Source of the DNA: a virus
Lineage: Duplodnaviria > Caudoviricetes
Length of the DNA: 42,463 bases
Direction: 5' to 3' (one strand)
Virus record (IMG/VR): IMGVR_UViG_3300032046_000067
Location: 1-42,463 of that record
The translations under genes and the position numbers were made by a program. Within the stretch, counting starts at the first letter, position 1. Each line of letters starts with the position of its first letter. Under the pieces are notes generated by a model. The model saw only the letters and a list, made by a program, of their open reading frames with translations. It was not told the DNA's origin and ran no database searches. Shown one piece after another: positions 27,522 through 36,312 of the stretch.

Positions 27522-28960
27522 TATTTTTCCTTTTTCTTATTGACTATTGTTAATTCACCATCGGGAGTAATATGTTTAATTACTCCATTCAAATCTATAA
27601 TATCTATTCCCTCTTTTCCAGCAGTTTTAGCTTGAGGGAATAAAGACAGAGTTTCCTCTTTTATCGTTTCTATTGACGCGGTTTCCGGGTCTTTCCCTTG
27701 TCTGACTTTATTCATATAATTACGGAACATCCTTTGTTTACTGTCATTCCTTGCCCCTGCGTTCTCATCTCCCCAATATTGTATTCCTTTCATAAAGCTA
27801 ACATTCGGGAGTAACTGTTCTAACTTTTGGCTTTTATTCACATCCTGATTAAAAGTAACTAATAAATCAAAATCATCATCTGACAAAGCGCCGGCAGTAT
27901 TAGCTTCCATGAGAGCTAAATCAATATCTTTAGGATTTATTTTATTATATAACATATCATTTACAAAGCCGACAAATTTTGCACTTTTAGTTTTTGCCTT
28001 AATAGTTTTCGGACTTTCTAATGCCTTAATCATACTATCCGCAAATCTTGCGGTAATATTCCCTACTTCCCTTTCTGCCTTGACTTGTGGAACGGTTAAG
28101 TTCCCTGCAATTTTCATATCTATCAAATCGCTTTCTCTTTTATTTGTGGCTATAGCAATGGTTTCTTTTTCTTGATTAGCAAGTTTCTCAACCCTCGTTT
28201 CGGCTTCCTTGATAAAATTAACTCTTTCGGTCTGTGTCAATCCGTGATATTCGCCCTCATCCCCTTGTTGTAATTCCTGTAAAGCATATTGAGGATTATT
28301 CAAAATGCCATATTCAACATTTCCTTTTACTATATCGTGTTGGAATTTCGCATATTTGGCATCCGCAGTCCCCTTATTATATAACCCTACTTTTACCCCA
28401 TTTTCTAAAGACCTGCGATAATTGGCAACATTGGTTATCCTATCGGCATCGTTCATCCCGCCATAATTGTCTATTATCTGCTGGCTTTGATAATCTATCG
28501 AGGCATCTATGGATTTTAATTCCTTCGCCCTGAAATCATTTTTTATTCCCCATTTTGTAGCAATGACCTGTTTCTGAAAACCCGCCATAAATTCTTCTTT
28601 TGCTAACCGTCCAGTGATTGTCTTTGCGGCCTCAGTGCCTACCTTGTCAATCTCGGTTTCATATTTAGCGGAGTCAAAATCCGTATCTTGGTCTGCTGCT
28701 GATTTTATGGAGTTTAATCTCTCAAAACTAAAATTTTGAGCTTCCGTTTGCTGACGAAAATCCCTGATTTGCACTAATTTATCTTCCACCTGCGCGATCG
28801 CCTGTATTACCTCACTTTGTGCCTGCGCGGATTTATTTATGGAAGTAAGGGGCATCTCAGGAACATTTATTCTTGGAGCATTTACTCTCGGAGTGCTTAT
28901 TCTTGGAGTCGTGCCTACATTTATGGTTGCCTGGCTATCTGCGACTGGAATTTTTGGCAT
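27521..28960 (-). CDS. Internal virion/ejection protein (gp15 position)
   Basis: MPKIP N-terminus, helical, synteny. Confidence 0.7.
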   Translation of the reverse strand: MPKIPVADSQATINVGTTPRISTPRVNAPRINVPEMPLTSINKSAQAQSEVIQAIAQVEDKLVQIRDFRQQTEAQNFSFERLNSIKSAADQDTDFDSAKYETEIDKVGTEAAKTITGRLAKEEFMAGFQKQVIATKWGIKNDFRAKELKSIDASIDYQSQQIIDNYGGMNDADRITNVANYRRSLENGVKVGLYNKGTADAKYAKFQHDIVKGNVEYGILNNPQYALQELQQGDEGEYHGLTQTERVNFIKEAETRVEKLANQEKETIAIATNKRESDLIDMKIAGNLTVPQVKAEREVGNITARFADSMIKALESPKTIKAKTKSAKFVGFVNDMLYNKINPKDIDLALMEANTAGALSDDDFDLLVTFNQDVNKSQKLEQLLPNVSFMKGIQYWGDENAGARNDSKQRMFRNYMNKVRQGKDPETASIETIKEETLSLFPQAKTAGKEGIDIIDLNGVIKHITPDGELTIVNKKKEK

Positions 28961-28961
28961 A

Positions 28962-29711
28962 TTATCCCCGTGCGTATGTTTTTACACCCATATTAAGAAT
29001 ACTTTTAAATGCGTTAGTCATAGCATCATACTGTGCTGATTTTCCCTGCATTTTATTGATGTTTGCTTTATTTTGCGCCTCTGTTTGATAAATTCCTGCC
29101 TGAGTTCCGGCTTCTGTTTTATATATTCTTGCCTGTGTCCCTGCTTCCAAATTATAAATATCCGCCTGGGTTTCAGTCAAACCCACATTATAATCAGCAT
29201 TTATTTGTGCATAAATAGCGTCAAGTTCGGCTTCCCGTAAACTATCTATCATAACAGCCACAGGAGAACCCTCCATTTTTACCCCAGCCTTTGCGTATCC
29301 TGCCCGTTGTGTGCTATATAGTGATTGAGCTTTCTGGCGGATATCTTTAATCTGAACATCAGCACTAAGGCGTATCATCCTGCCTTGTAACTTCGCCATC
29401 GTCGCATTAAGATTACCTTGTAATTCTGCCATTGAGGCGTTGAAATCACCCTGCGATTTTACCATTGCCGCATTGAAATCAGCCTGTAACTGCCCCATCG
29501 CGGAATTGAATTTATAAGTATTCTTAGTCCGGCTGGCGTTTATGAAGCCTGTAGCAATATCAGTTAATCCAGAAATAACTCCAGAGGCAATAGTTCCCAT
29601 AGCTGCGCTTGAAGTTGAACTGGTAGCTGCGCTTGAAGTTGAACTGGTCGCTTTAATGCCGGATGTCCCTGAATTTATTTGCTCAAGTCCTGTATTTATG
29701 AGTGTTCCCAT
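28962..29711 (-). CDS. Internal virion/ejection protein (gp14 position)
   Basis: QRAGYAKAGV..EGSP motif, Ala/Gln-rich with 11-aa repeats. Confidence 0.75.
   Translation of the reverse strand: MGTLINTGLEQINSGTSGIKATSSTSSAATSSTSSAAMGTIASGVISGLTDIATGFINASRTKNTYKFNSAMGQLQADFNAAMVKSQGDFNASMAELQGNLNATMAKLQGRMIRLSADVQIKDIRQKAQSLYSTQRAGYAKAGVKMEGSPVAVMIDSLREAELDAIYAQINADYNVGLTETQADIYNLEAGTQARIYKTEAGTQAGIYQTEAQNKANINKMQGKSAQYDAMTNAFKSILNMGVKTYARG
29600..29647. repeat. 24-bp tandem duplication (Ser/Thr-rich linker)
   Basis: TAGCTGCGCTTGAAGTTGAACTGG x2. Confidence 0.9.
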
Positions 29712-32700
29712 TTAGTTTATCTCCATATCTGCTACAAGAGAAAGCACGTGCAAAGGTAGACATTTTTCTTGTTCTATAATTATCTGTTTTTTTGTATCCC
29801 AACCAGAAGGAAACGGAATTTTTTTAATCCCCGTAAATAAAGGAGTTATTTTATCTGCCGCAAGAGAAACATCCCTGACTGTTATATCATCCATTTTTGT
29901 ATCTGTGCCTATCCTATAATCCAAACTCTTATAAATATTCGCACTTACCGCAGAAACTCGTTTTGTTTTTCCTTGCGATGTAATTCCCCCTGGTGAACCT
30001 TCCAAGTCATTACTTTTTAATCTCGCGGTATATCCTAAGCCGATTGAGATTTGTGCATAATAAGCATCTAAGGTTACCACTCCATCTATTGATACTGTTC
30101 TATCGGGATGGTATTCCCCATCGGCAAATACCTGGACATTTTGAAGCGCTAAATGGTTTAATCCTGAAACCTCATTCGCGCATTTATTTGCTTCACCACC
30201 CGTATCGTAAGGTGTAAATTCTGTGCCATCAACATCAACATTGAATAAATCGTGCAGATGAAACTCCGTCCCACTTACGCCTGGGGCAACAATATATCTA
30301 TTATTATTCAACTCGGTCATTCCGACTGTTTCCGCGGCTTCTGCTACGGTAAACATATTGTCTATATAAAATATATTTTGCGCATCCGCATTTAATATCG
30401 TGATTATGATACTATCAATAGCACCTTTATCCGCATTACTGACTGCCGATATATCCACGGTTTCAGTTTGCCATTCATTAACTATTAGTATATTTGGGGT
30501 ATATTCTACGATTGTCCCGCCTATTGTGTCGTGAAAACCGATTTTAATATTACTTCCTACCCTACTTGCCCTGATATCAAATGTAATTTCTTGAACATCA
30601 GTCCAATTTAACGGGACTGCTATTGTCCTGGTAAGAGTATCGTTTAGGCTGTTTGTTATCAGAGCAATTCCCTTTAATGAATATAATCCTTGAGTTTTGA
30701 TGGTAGTTTCAGGATAACACTCTAAATGTTTTACTCCTGCTGAAATAGAACAATATAAATCAAAAACTAAAGGGCTCCAAGTAGAACCACCATTTGTAGT
30801 TGTCTTTGACCATAGATTATATATATTGCCTATTGCCTGTGCCCACCCAGTACCAGTAGATTGTGCAGGACAAGTAAAAACTAACCAATAAGTCCCTGCT
30901 GGAATAATAAAATCGGTCCAATTTATTGTATTGTTAGCACTTGCAGTAGGAGTAAAAGTCAAGGTTGCATTTGCGTGGGCGAGAGTTCCTGATGGGTTTC
31001 CCGCATTGTCGGTTTCTAATCTACAAGTAACTTGTCCTGAAGGAGTGCCGACATTAGCATTAAAATAAGCAGTTGCTTGAGTAATTGTAACGTATGTAGT
31101 AAAAACAAATTTTTCAGCATTCCAATATTCTAAATCAAGAGAATCTCCTAACCTTTGAGAACCTACATTTGAAATATAACTTACACTAACATCATCCGTT
31201 GTAATATCGCTACTTGGGTATGCCGCCTGTATAAGAGCATCAGTAGGATATTCCATAGAATCAACTGTTTTTTCCGGAATAGCGCCTGCTTCCCTTTCTA
31301 CTAATCCCCTGATTTTAACGATATCCCCTTCCTCAAAATCATTATCACAAGTTACCACTACCGGATTAGCCTTAGTTATATTGGTAATTGTTTTAGGGTT
31401 ATCAAGAGTTAATCCACTATGCACAAAAAACGCATCTTCCTGGTCTGTAAATTCCGGGGCGGACATATACTCAATATAACGCCTATATACCCCGCCTATT
31501 TTCCTACGCACTATGAACCATACTTCATCATAACTTTCTTTGGGGATTACTGCCACGCTTTCATAAAATCCGTTTGTATCGTGCAAAGTCCAAGCAGATA
31601 CTTTTTGTTCTATCTGTCTGGTGAATACTGCAAGTTTACCGTCTGCACGGACGCACCATAATATATTAAGCGGAGATTGCTGATAATCCATATCCACAAT
31701 ACCGCTTTCGCTTATATGCTCCGATAATGCCGTAGCATCACCTGCAATATAATTATCCTGGTCAAGCGAATAAATATATTCTCTCAATATCCTGTTATAT
31801 TTCTCCCAGTAAAAAATATTATTTCCTATGGCCTGGGGAAGAATAGAGGAAGTTCTATCTCTGACTTTCTTTTTCATCCTTCCGGCTGTGGCAGTTAGAG
31901 CTAAAGTTTCGCTTCCTGTTCCTAAAGAAGATACTCCACTCGGCGTTCCTACTAAAATCTCATTTGCCGGAAAGAGCCAGTTTATGACTTCAACCTGGTT
32001 AGTGTCCGCGGCAAACTCTATTCCATCGGCATCATCTGCCCCCAATTCAAAGGTATCATACGCCCCAGTTGCAGAACCCCAAGTCGTCTGTGGTTGACTG
32101 TAAGTATAACCATATATCAATCTACCCTCACTGATTGTAACCGTTCTTGGATAACCTCTGTAACCACTCCAGGCCGCCTCTGCCCAGTCGGGTGAAAGCG
32201 TATTAGCATTATTTAAAGTCCCGCCATACAAAACTTTTCCTTTAGCAGTTGTTTTTAATCCACCTGAGGCAACATCAGTTATTTGTATATACCCATCATC
32301 TAAATGCCAGATTGAACCTTCGTGGGTAATATCAAATATGGCGGCATCTGCGACAATATCTGATTCTGCATCTCCTGAATCAACACTCGATTTTATTTTC
32401 GTAGTGGTTATATTGGCAGGCATTAAGGGGGCGCGGTTTTCGCCTGTTGAATAGTCTATGTCTGTGAGAGTCCAGGCGGTATGTCCTGTGCGGGTAAGTT
32501 TCTTTTGCGGCCTGCCCTTTGGGGCATCTGTGCTACTCCCGAGTGTTATATATAAAATATCCGCAGTCTGGGCAAATTGTAAATTCCATAAATCCGCCGT
32601 TGTGTAGGTTACATTTGAAGTTAAAGTATAAACCCTCGATACTTCTCCGCCACCCGAACCATAAGCAGTATATCCGGTAGTATCAATGGGAATACCGTCT

Positions 32701-33188
32701 ATATCCGTAAGGGTAAAAGTATTGGCATTTATGTAATCTACTATGAATCTCTTGCCGTTTAATTCGGTTGTTGTGGTTATTTCATCTATATAAACCGTAT
32801 CTCCATCCGAAAAACCGTGGGAAGTGGCTGTAATTACTCCTGTCGCCACAACGATACCACTGATGTCCTTATATGTTTCAAGTATTGCCCCGCCTTTGCC
32901 TGTGGTTGCGTCGTCTTTATAAAACCGTATATATTGGTTCCCAAATTCCAGATTATAAGCCTGAGTATCGGAGAATACAAATTTAATAAGCCTTGTGGAT
33001 AAATCTGAATCCTTGACTTCATTTACAAAATAAGTCCCTGGGGCTTTCTTTGCCCCGCCATAAAACTCCACAAGCATATTGCGGATTTCTGCGGCTGATT
33101 GGTAATATTGCTGGATATCGGTTCGACCTGCAAGACGGGGGCTTAATTCACCGGCAACAAAAGAATTTATGATAGGCGAAGCATTAAT
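29712..33188 (-). CDS. Tail tubular protein B/nozzle with inserted domains (probable ATT start at 33188)
   Basis: Frame is open 37 codons upstream of the ATG at 33077 and encodes NSFVAGELSPRLAGRTD. Also GYPRTV, AWTLHDT and GLNHL...VFADG motifs. Confidence 0.85.
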   Translation of the reverse strand: MNASPIINSFVAGELSPRLAGRTDIQQYYQSAAEIRNMLVEFYGGAKKAPGTYFVNEVKDSDLSTRLIKFVFSDTQAYNLEFGNQYIRFYKDDATTGKGGAILETYKDISGIVVATGVITATSHGFSDGDTVYIDEITTTTELNGKRFIVDYINANTFTLTDIDGIPIDTTGYTAYGSGGGEVSRVYTLTSNVTYTTADLWNLQFAQTADILYITLGSSTDAPKGRPQKKLTRTGHTAWTLTDIDYSTGENRAPLMPANITTTKIKSSVDSGDAESDIVADAAIFDITHEGSIWHLDDGYIQITDVASGGLKTTAKGKVLYGGTLNNANTLSPDWAEAAWSGYRGYPRTVTISEGRLIYGYTYSQPQTTWGSATGAYDTFELGADDADGIEFAADTNQVEVINWLFPANEILVGTPSGVSSLGTGSETLALTATAGRMKKKVRDRTSSILPQAIGNNIFYWEKYNRILREYIYSLDQDNYIAGDATALSEHISESGIVDMDYQQSPLNILWCVRADGKLAVFTRQIEQKVSAWTLHDTNGFYESVAVIPKESYDEVWFIVRRKIGGVYRRYIEYMSAPEFTDQEDAFFVHSGLTLDNPKTITNITKANPVVVTCDNDFEEGDIVKIRGLVEREAGAIPEKTVDSMEYPTDALIQAAYPSSDITTDDVSVSYISNVGSQRLGDSLDLEYWNAEKFVFTTYVTITQATAYFNANVGTPSGQVTCRLETDNAGNPSGTLAHANATLTFTPTASANNTINWTDFIIPAGTYWLVFTCPAQSTGTGWAQAIGNIYNLWSKTTTNGGSTWSPLVFDLYCSISAGVKHLECYPETTIKTQGLYSLKGIALITNSLNDTLTRTIAVPLNWTDVQEITFDIRASRVGSNIKIGFHDTIGGTIVEYTPNILIVNEWQTETVDISAVSNADKGAIDSIIITILNADAQNIFYIDNMFTVAEAAETVGMTELNNNRYIVAPGVSGTEFHLHDLFNVDVDGTEFTPYDTGGEANKCANEVSGLNHLALQNVQVFADGEYHPDRTVSIDGVVTLDAYYAQISIGLGYTARLKSNDLEGSPGGITSQGKTKRVSAVSANIYKSLDYRIGTDTKMDDITVRDVSLAADKITPLFTGIKKIPFPSGWDTKKQIIIEQEKCLPLHVLSLVADMEIN

Positions 33189-33291
33189 TTGACATCCCTC
33201 CTATTTGTGTTATACTTATAAAAATAAACAGGATGATAGAAAGAAAAATTTGCAGTTGTTTGTTAATAATTCTACTCATATTAAATTTCAT
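33184..33291 (-). CDS. 35-aa hydrophobic micro-ORF between tail tubular A and B
   Basis: MKFNMSRIINKQLQIFLSIILFIFISITQIGGMSN. Fills the gap, and its stop overlaps the ATT of the next frame. Confidence 0.5.
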   Translation of the reverse strand: MKFNMSRIINKQLQIFLSIILFIFISITQIGGMSN

Positions 33292-33294
33292 AAA

Positions 33295-34146
33295 TTATAT
33301 CCTTGAGTTAAGCCATTCATCCATTTGTGGACTATCTGGCGTGCATTCTTGTCCGTTAAGTGATTTTGCCATATTCAATTTTAACTTTAACTCATCACCC
33401 AAGACCTTTTTTAATTCCGCATCCTTGGTTATTGGCATACATAAATCATAGGCAAGGAGTGTTGCAAAAACATCGGCAAACGCCGCATCGTAAATATCCT
33501 GCTCTACCCATTTATCCGCCGCCAAGTCGGTTATAAAAACCCCCGAACTATGAGCGGTAAGACAGTAATAAATGGTATTACTTTGTAGAACATATTCTCC
33601 TACTGTATAAGCATGAGATATAACCCAGGCATCAGGGTCTTTACAGTTATAACCGTATTCAATGCTTACAGCGTTAGAATTAGAGTAAAGTTTACGCCCC
33701 TTGATTTTGTGTGAATAATCCGGTTCAACACTTGTTTTATTCAGGCGCAGGAAATCAGAGGGAAGTTGAAATATATAAAGATAATCGCTTAAGATAGGCG
33801 TTTCATAATCAACCGCCAACACCCATTTGCCGGCAGTTAAATCATCGGCGAATGTGCCTGATGTATGCGCTATCAAACACTTATAACTTGAAGTATGGAT
33901 TACATAATCCCCTACTGCATAGGCAGTTGAACTCGCCCATGTAGGAGTATCTAAAGCTATAACCCTGCTGAGGATAGTTTCCTTTTTATTAAAACTCCAC
34001 GGATGAAGGCGCAATAATGATTTTCTATCCGGGTCATAAATATCATTTACTTTTCTGTAATTCTCGGTATCTTCGCCTATTGTAATAATAGGGTCTTGTC
34101 CTAATCTCCTTAATGCCAAATTTATTATCTTAAATTTTGCAGCCAT
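33295..34146 (-). CDS. Tail tubular protein A/adaptor with two CBM5/12-like inserts
   Basis: IINLALRRLG, HPWSF, FQLPSDFLR and FADVFATLLA, plus two W....Y.VG.YV...Y.CL.AH.SG modules. Confidence 0.85.
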   Translation of the reverse strand: MAAKFKIINLALRRLGQDPIITIGEDTENYRKVNDIYDPDRKSLLRLHPWSFNKKETILSRVIALDTPTWASSTAYAVGDYVIHTSSYKCLIAHTSGTFADDLTAGKWVLAVDYETPILSDYLYIFQLPSDFLRLNKTSVEPDYSHKIKGRKLYSNSNAVSIEYGYNCKDPDAWVISHAYTVGEYVLQSNTIYYCLTAHSSGVFITDLAADKWVEQDIYDAAFADVFATLLAYDLCMPITKDAELKKVLGDELKLKLNMAKSLNGQECTPDSPQMDEWLNSRI

Positions 34147-35221
34147 ATCTCACCTCTTTTTCACATATTGTTAAAAATAAAATTAACAATGGAAGAGTCT
34201 GCATCATCCTTGTTGGAAAACTCCATGTCATATTCACCAACAGTAATATAAATCCGCTTGATAAAATCCTATTTTTTCTTATCTTATATAAAATCCACCC
34301 AATAAAGCCAAGAAATAATCCTAAGCCTATATAACCTATCTCAAATAATATTTGCAAGAAGCAATTATGCGCCTGACGCCAAGCAAGCCAATTCCCTTTA
34401 GTATTTTGATATTCCCAGAAACCAGGATAACCGCCAGAAACCTTTTCGCTTAAGGCAGGGAATATGACTTTATAAGTCCCAAGACCATAACCAAAGAATG
34501 GATGTTGCTTTGTGGTAAGGGATATTGTCCTTTTCCATACCGGCCAACGCCCCCATTTATAATCGGTGATTACTTTATTTTTTGCTATAAATAATGAAAG
34601 GATAATTACGGCAATAATAAATAATTTATTTTTTCCTTTTAAATATATGAATAATCCCGCCAAGATAGAAAATATCGCCCCTGATGAATGACTAATCCAT
34701 ACCACCAATGCAATAGGCCAGACATTATGTTTATTATATGCCACCAAGAATGGCACAAGACAGATGATAAAGCTTCCTAATATCATCGGATTTCCTACCG
34801 TTCCCCAATAAGTCGCCTGAGCCTGGGTGTATCCAAAATTAAGCAATTTATCATAACCTATCTTTTGCATCACGATAATCGCAACATTAAGAAAAAATAC
34901 ACTTTGAATTGCCTTATAGATAAAATCATAATTCCTTATGGTAAGGCATAAAAGATAAAAACTTGCTCCAATAACCAAAATCATATACGCCGAGAAAGAT
35001 AAATAAGGGGCTTTGCTCAAAAAACAATTTATGAAAGCGTAAATAAGGATAATCTTGGCTAATATGTGAGCCTTGCTGAATAAAAACAAAAATCCTAAAA
35101 ACCCACTAACCAATACAAGATAAAACCATAAATTTGTATTCGCCAATAATGGAATATGAAATTCCTTGTTAGGAATTACCGCAAATAAACAGACTATGAA
35201 AGCGATTATTTTTTCTTTCAT
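34130..35221 (-). CDS. O-antigen ligase/Wzy_C-family polytopic membrane protein
   Basis: About 10-11 TM segments. GTVGNP, SHSSGA, GRWPVW, HPFFGYGLGTY and AHNCFLQILFEIGYIG. Confidence 0.88.
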   Translation of the reverse strand: MKEKIIAFIVCLFAVIPNKEFHIPLLANTNLWFYLVLVSGFLGFLFLFSKAHILAKIILIYAFINCFLSKAPYLSFSAYMILVIGASFYLLCLTIRNYDFIYKAIQSVFFLNVAIIVMQKIGYDKLLNFGYTQAQATYWGTVGNPMILGSFIICLVPFLVAYNKHNVWPIALVVWISHSSGAIFSILAGLFIYLKGKNKLFIIAVIILSLFIAKNKVITDYKWGRWPVWKRTISLTTKQHPFFGYGLGTYKVIFPALSEKVSGGYPGFWEYQNTKGNWLAWRQAHNCFLQILFEIGYIGLGLFLGFIGWILYKIRKNRILSSGFILLLVNMTWSFPTRMMQTLPLLILFLTICEKEVRYGCKI

Positions 35222-35224
35222 AAA

Positions 35225-35253
35225 AGTTAAGAGGCGGATTTTTAGTCCGCCTC
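35225..35253 (-). terminator. Hairpin/possible partial terminator before Wzy_C gene
   Basis: GAGGCGGA-ctaaaaa-TCCGCCTC-ttaactttt. Confidence 0.6.
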
Positions 35254-35261
35254 AAACTTTA

Positions 35262-35768
35262 TCACAGATTGATTGTAATACCTTGAGCTGCGGCTATAAT
35301 CCAACCGAGAGTATCATCAACATACAGTAATGTTACAGTATCCAGAACCGTATCCATTGTGATACTGCCCCATCCGAATTGGGTAGTGGCATCAATAGTA
35401 AGCGTTCCTGTATCGCTTGAAGGTTCGGCTATTAAAGTCAATAACTGCCCTGGATAGCCATTCGCAAAAGTAAGCGTTCTGGTTGTTATCCATACCCTGG
35501 CAATGCGATAAAGCGGAGTCTGCGCATTAGCCGCGGTAGTCGGCAATGTAGTCGCATCTTCCTTGCCTACGCCGGTTGTAATAAGGTTAAGATTGATGGG
35601 TATATTAAAAGTGCTTCCATTAGTGCTATACCCGCTACTTGTTAAAAAGTTAATATCTGTAGCCGCTCCTTGTTGCGTGCCATCCTTTTGTATGCCTACA
35701 GAAGCAAAGGCAGAGGAAAAACACACAAGGAGTGCTACTAACAGAAGTAAAAACAACCTTTTGAACAT
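35262..35768 (-). CDS. Signal-peptide beta-rich protein in head module
   Basis: MFKRLFLLLLVALLVCFSSAFA-SV. C-terminal GQLLTLI...DTVTLLY....GW domain. AAGGAGG RBS. Confidence 0.75.
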   Translation of the reverse strand: MFKRLFLLLLVALLVCFSSAFASVGIQKDGTQQGAATDINFLTSSGYSTNGSTFNIPINLNLITTGVGKEDATTLPTTAANAQTPLYRIARVWITTRTLTFANGYPGQLLTLIAEPSSDTGTLTIDATTQFGWGSITMDTVLDTVTLLYVDDTLGWIIAAAQGITINL

Positions 35769-35784
35769 CGTTTCCTCCTTAGTA

Positions 35785-35816
35785 TAACAAGGCAGGGTTT
35801 TAACCTGCCCCGTTAT
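35785..35816 (-). terminator. Intergenic hairpin after capsid-associated gene
   Basis: ATAAC-GG-GGCAGG-ttaaaac-CCTGCC-TT-GTTAT with a weak U tract. Confidence 0.5.
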
Positions 35817-35823
35817 TATTTGT

Positions 35824-36276
35824 TTAGCCTTTTGCTACGAAGGCAATACCTACCTTGACTACAGCCGCAGCAGTCGGAGTCCCTGCTATCACAGTTATAG
35901 TAGGAACTTGTCCATCTCCGGCGGCGATTTCAAATCCCAAAGAACCATCAATACCATCTCCATTTGCAAGAGATGCTTGAGCGGCAGACGCGAAACTCGT
36001 AGTAGTCATAAACTCGTCCGGGTCGGCAAGTGTCCCGAATTGCAATGTGCAAGAACCACCTAATGCGGCACAATCAATAATCCAATCCACGATACGCGCC
36101 TCAGCCGGTAAAAGGCATCCCATCAGGTGAATTACATCAGTAAGAGTTACAACCCCGTCAAAGGTAAATGAATCAAATACCCATCTCACTACCCCCCCGA
36201 CTAATTCCGGTTCGATAGTGTTGACGGTTCCAGTCCTTTTTAATGTCTTGTTTACTCCATAATATGTAGTAGCCAT
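35824..36276 (-). CDS. Capsid decoration/cement-like protein
   Basis: 150-aa beta-rich protein directly after the capsid gene, with LPAEARIVD motif. Confidence 0.65.
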   Translation of the reverse strand: MATTYYGVNKTLKRTGTVNTIEPELVGGVVRWVFDSFTFDGVVTLTDVIHLMGCLLPAEARIVDWIIDCAALGGSCTLQFGTLADPDEFMTTTSFASAAQASLANGDGIDGSLGFEIAAGDGQVPTITVIAGTPTAAAVVKVGIAFVAKG

Positions 36277-36312
36277 CCGTCATCTCCTTTTAATTAAAAA
36301 TTAAAGTTATTT

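Noticed and set aside
33184-33202. prfB-type programmed +1 frameshift
   Set aside because: The RBS-to-shift spacing and AAU-to-AUU re-pairing do not match the prfB model. An AUU start or a sequencing indel is more plausible.
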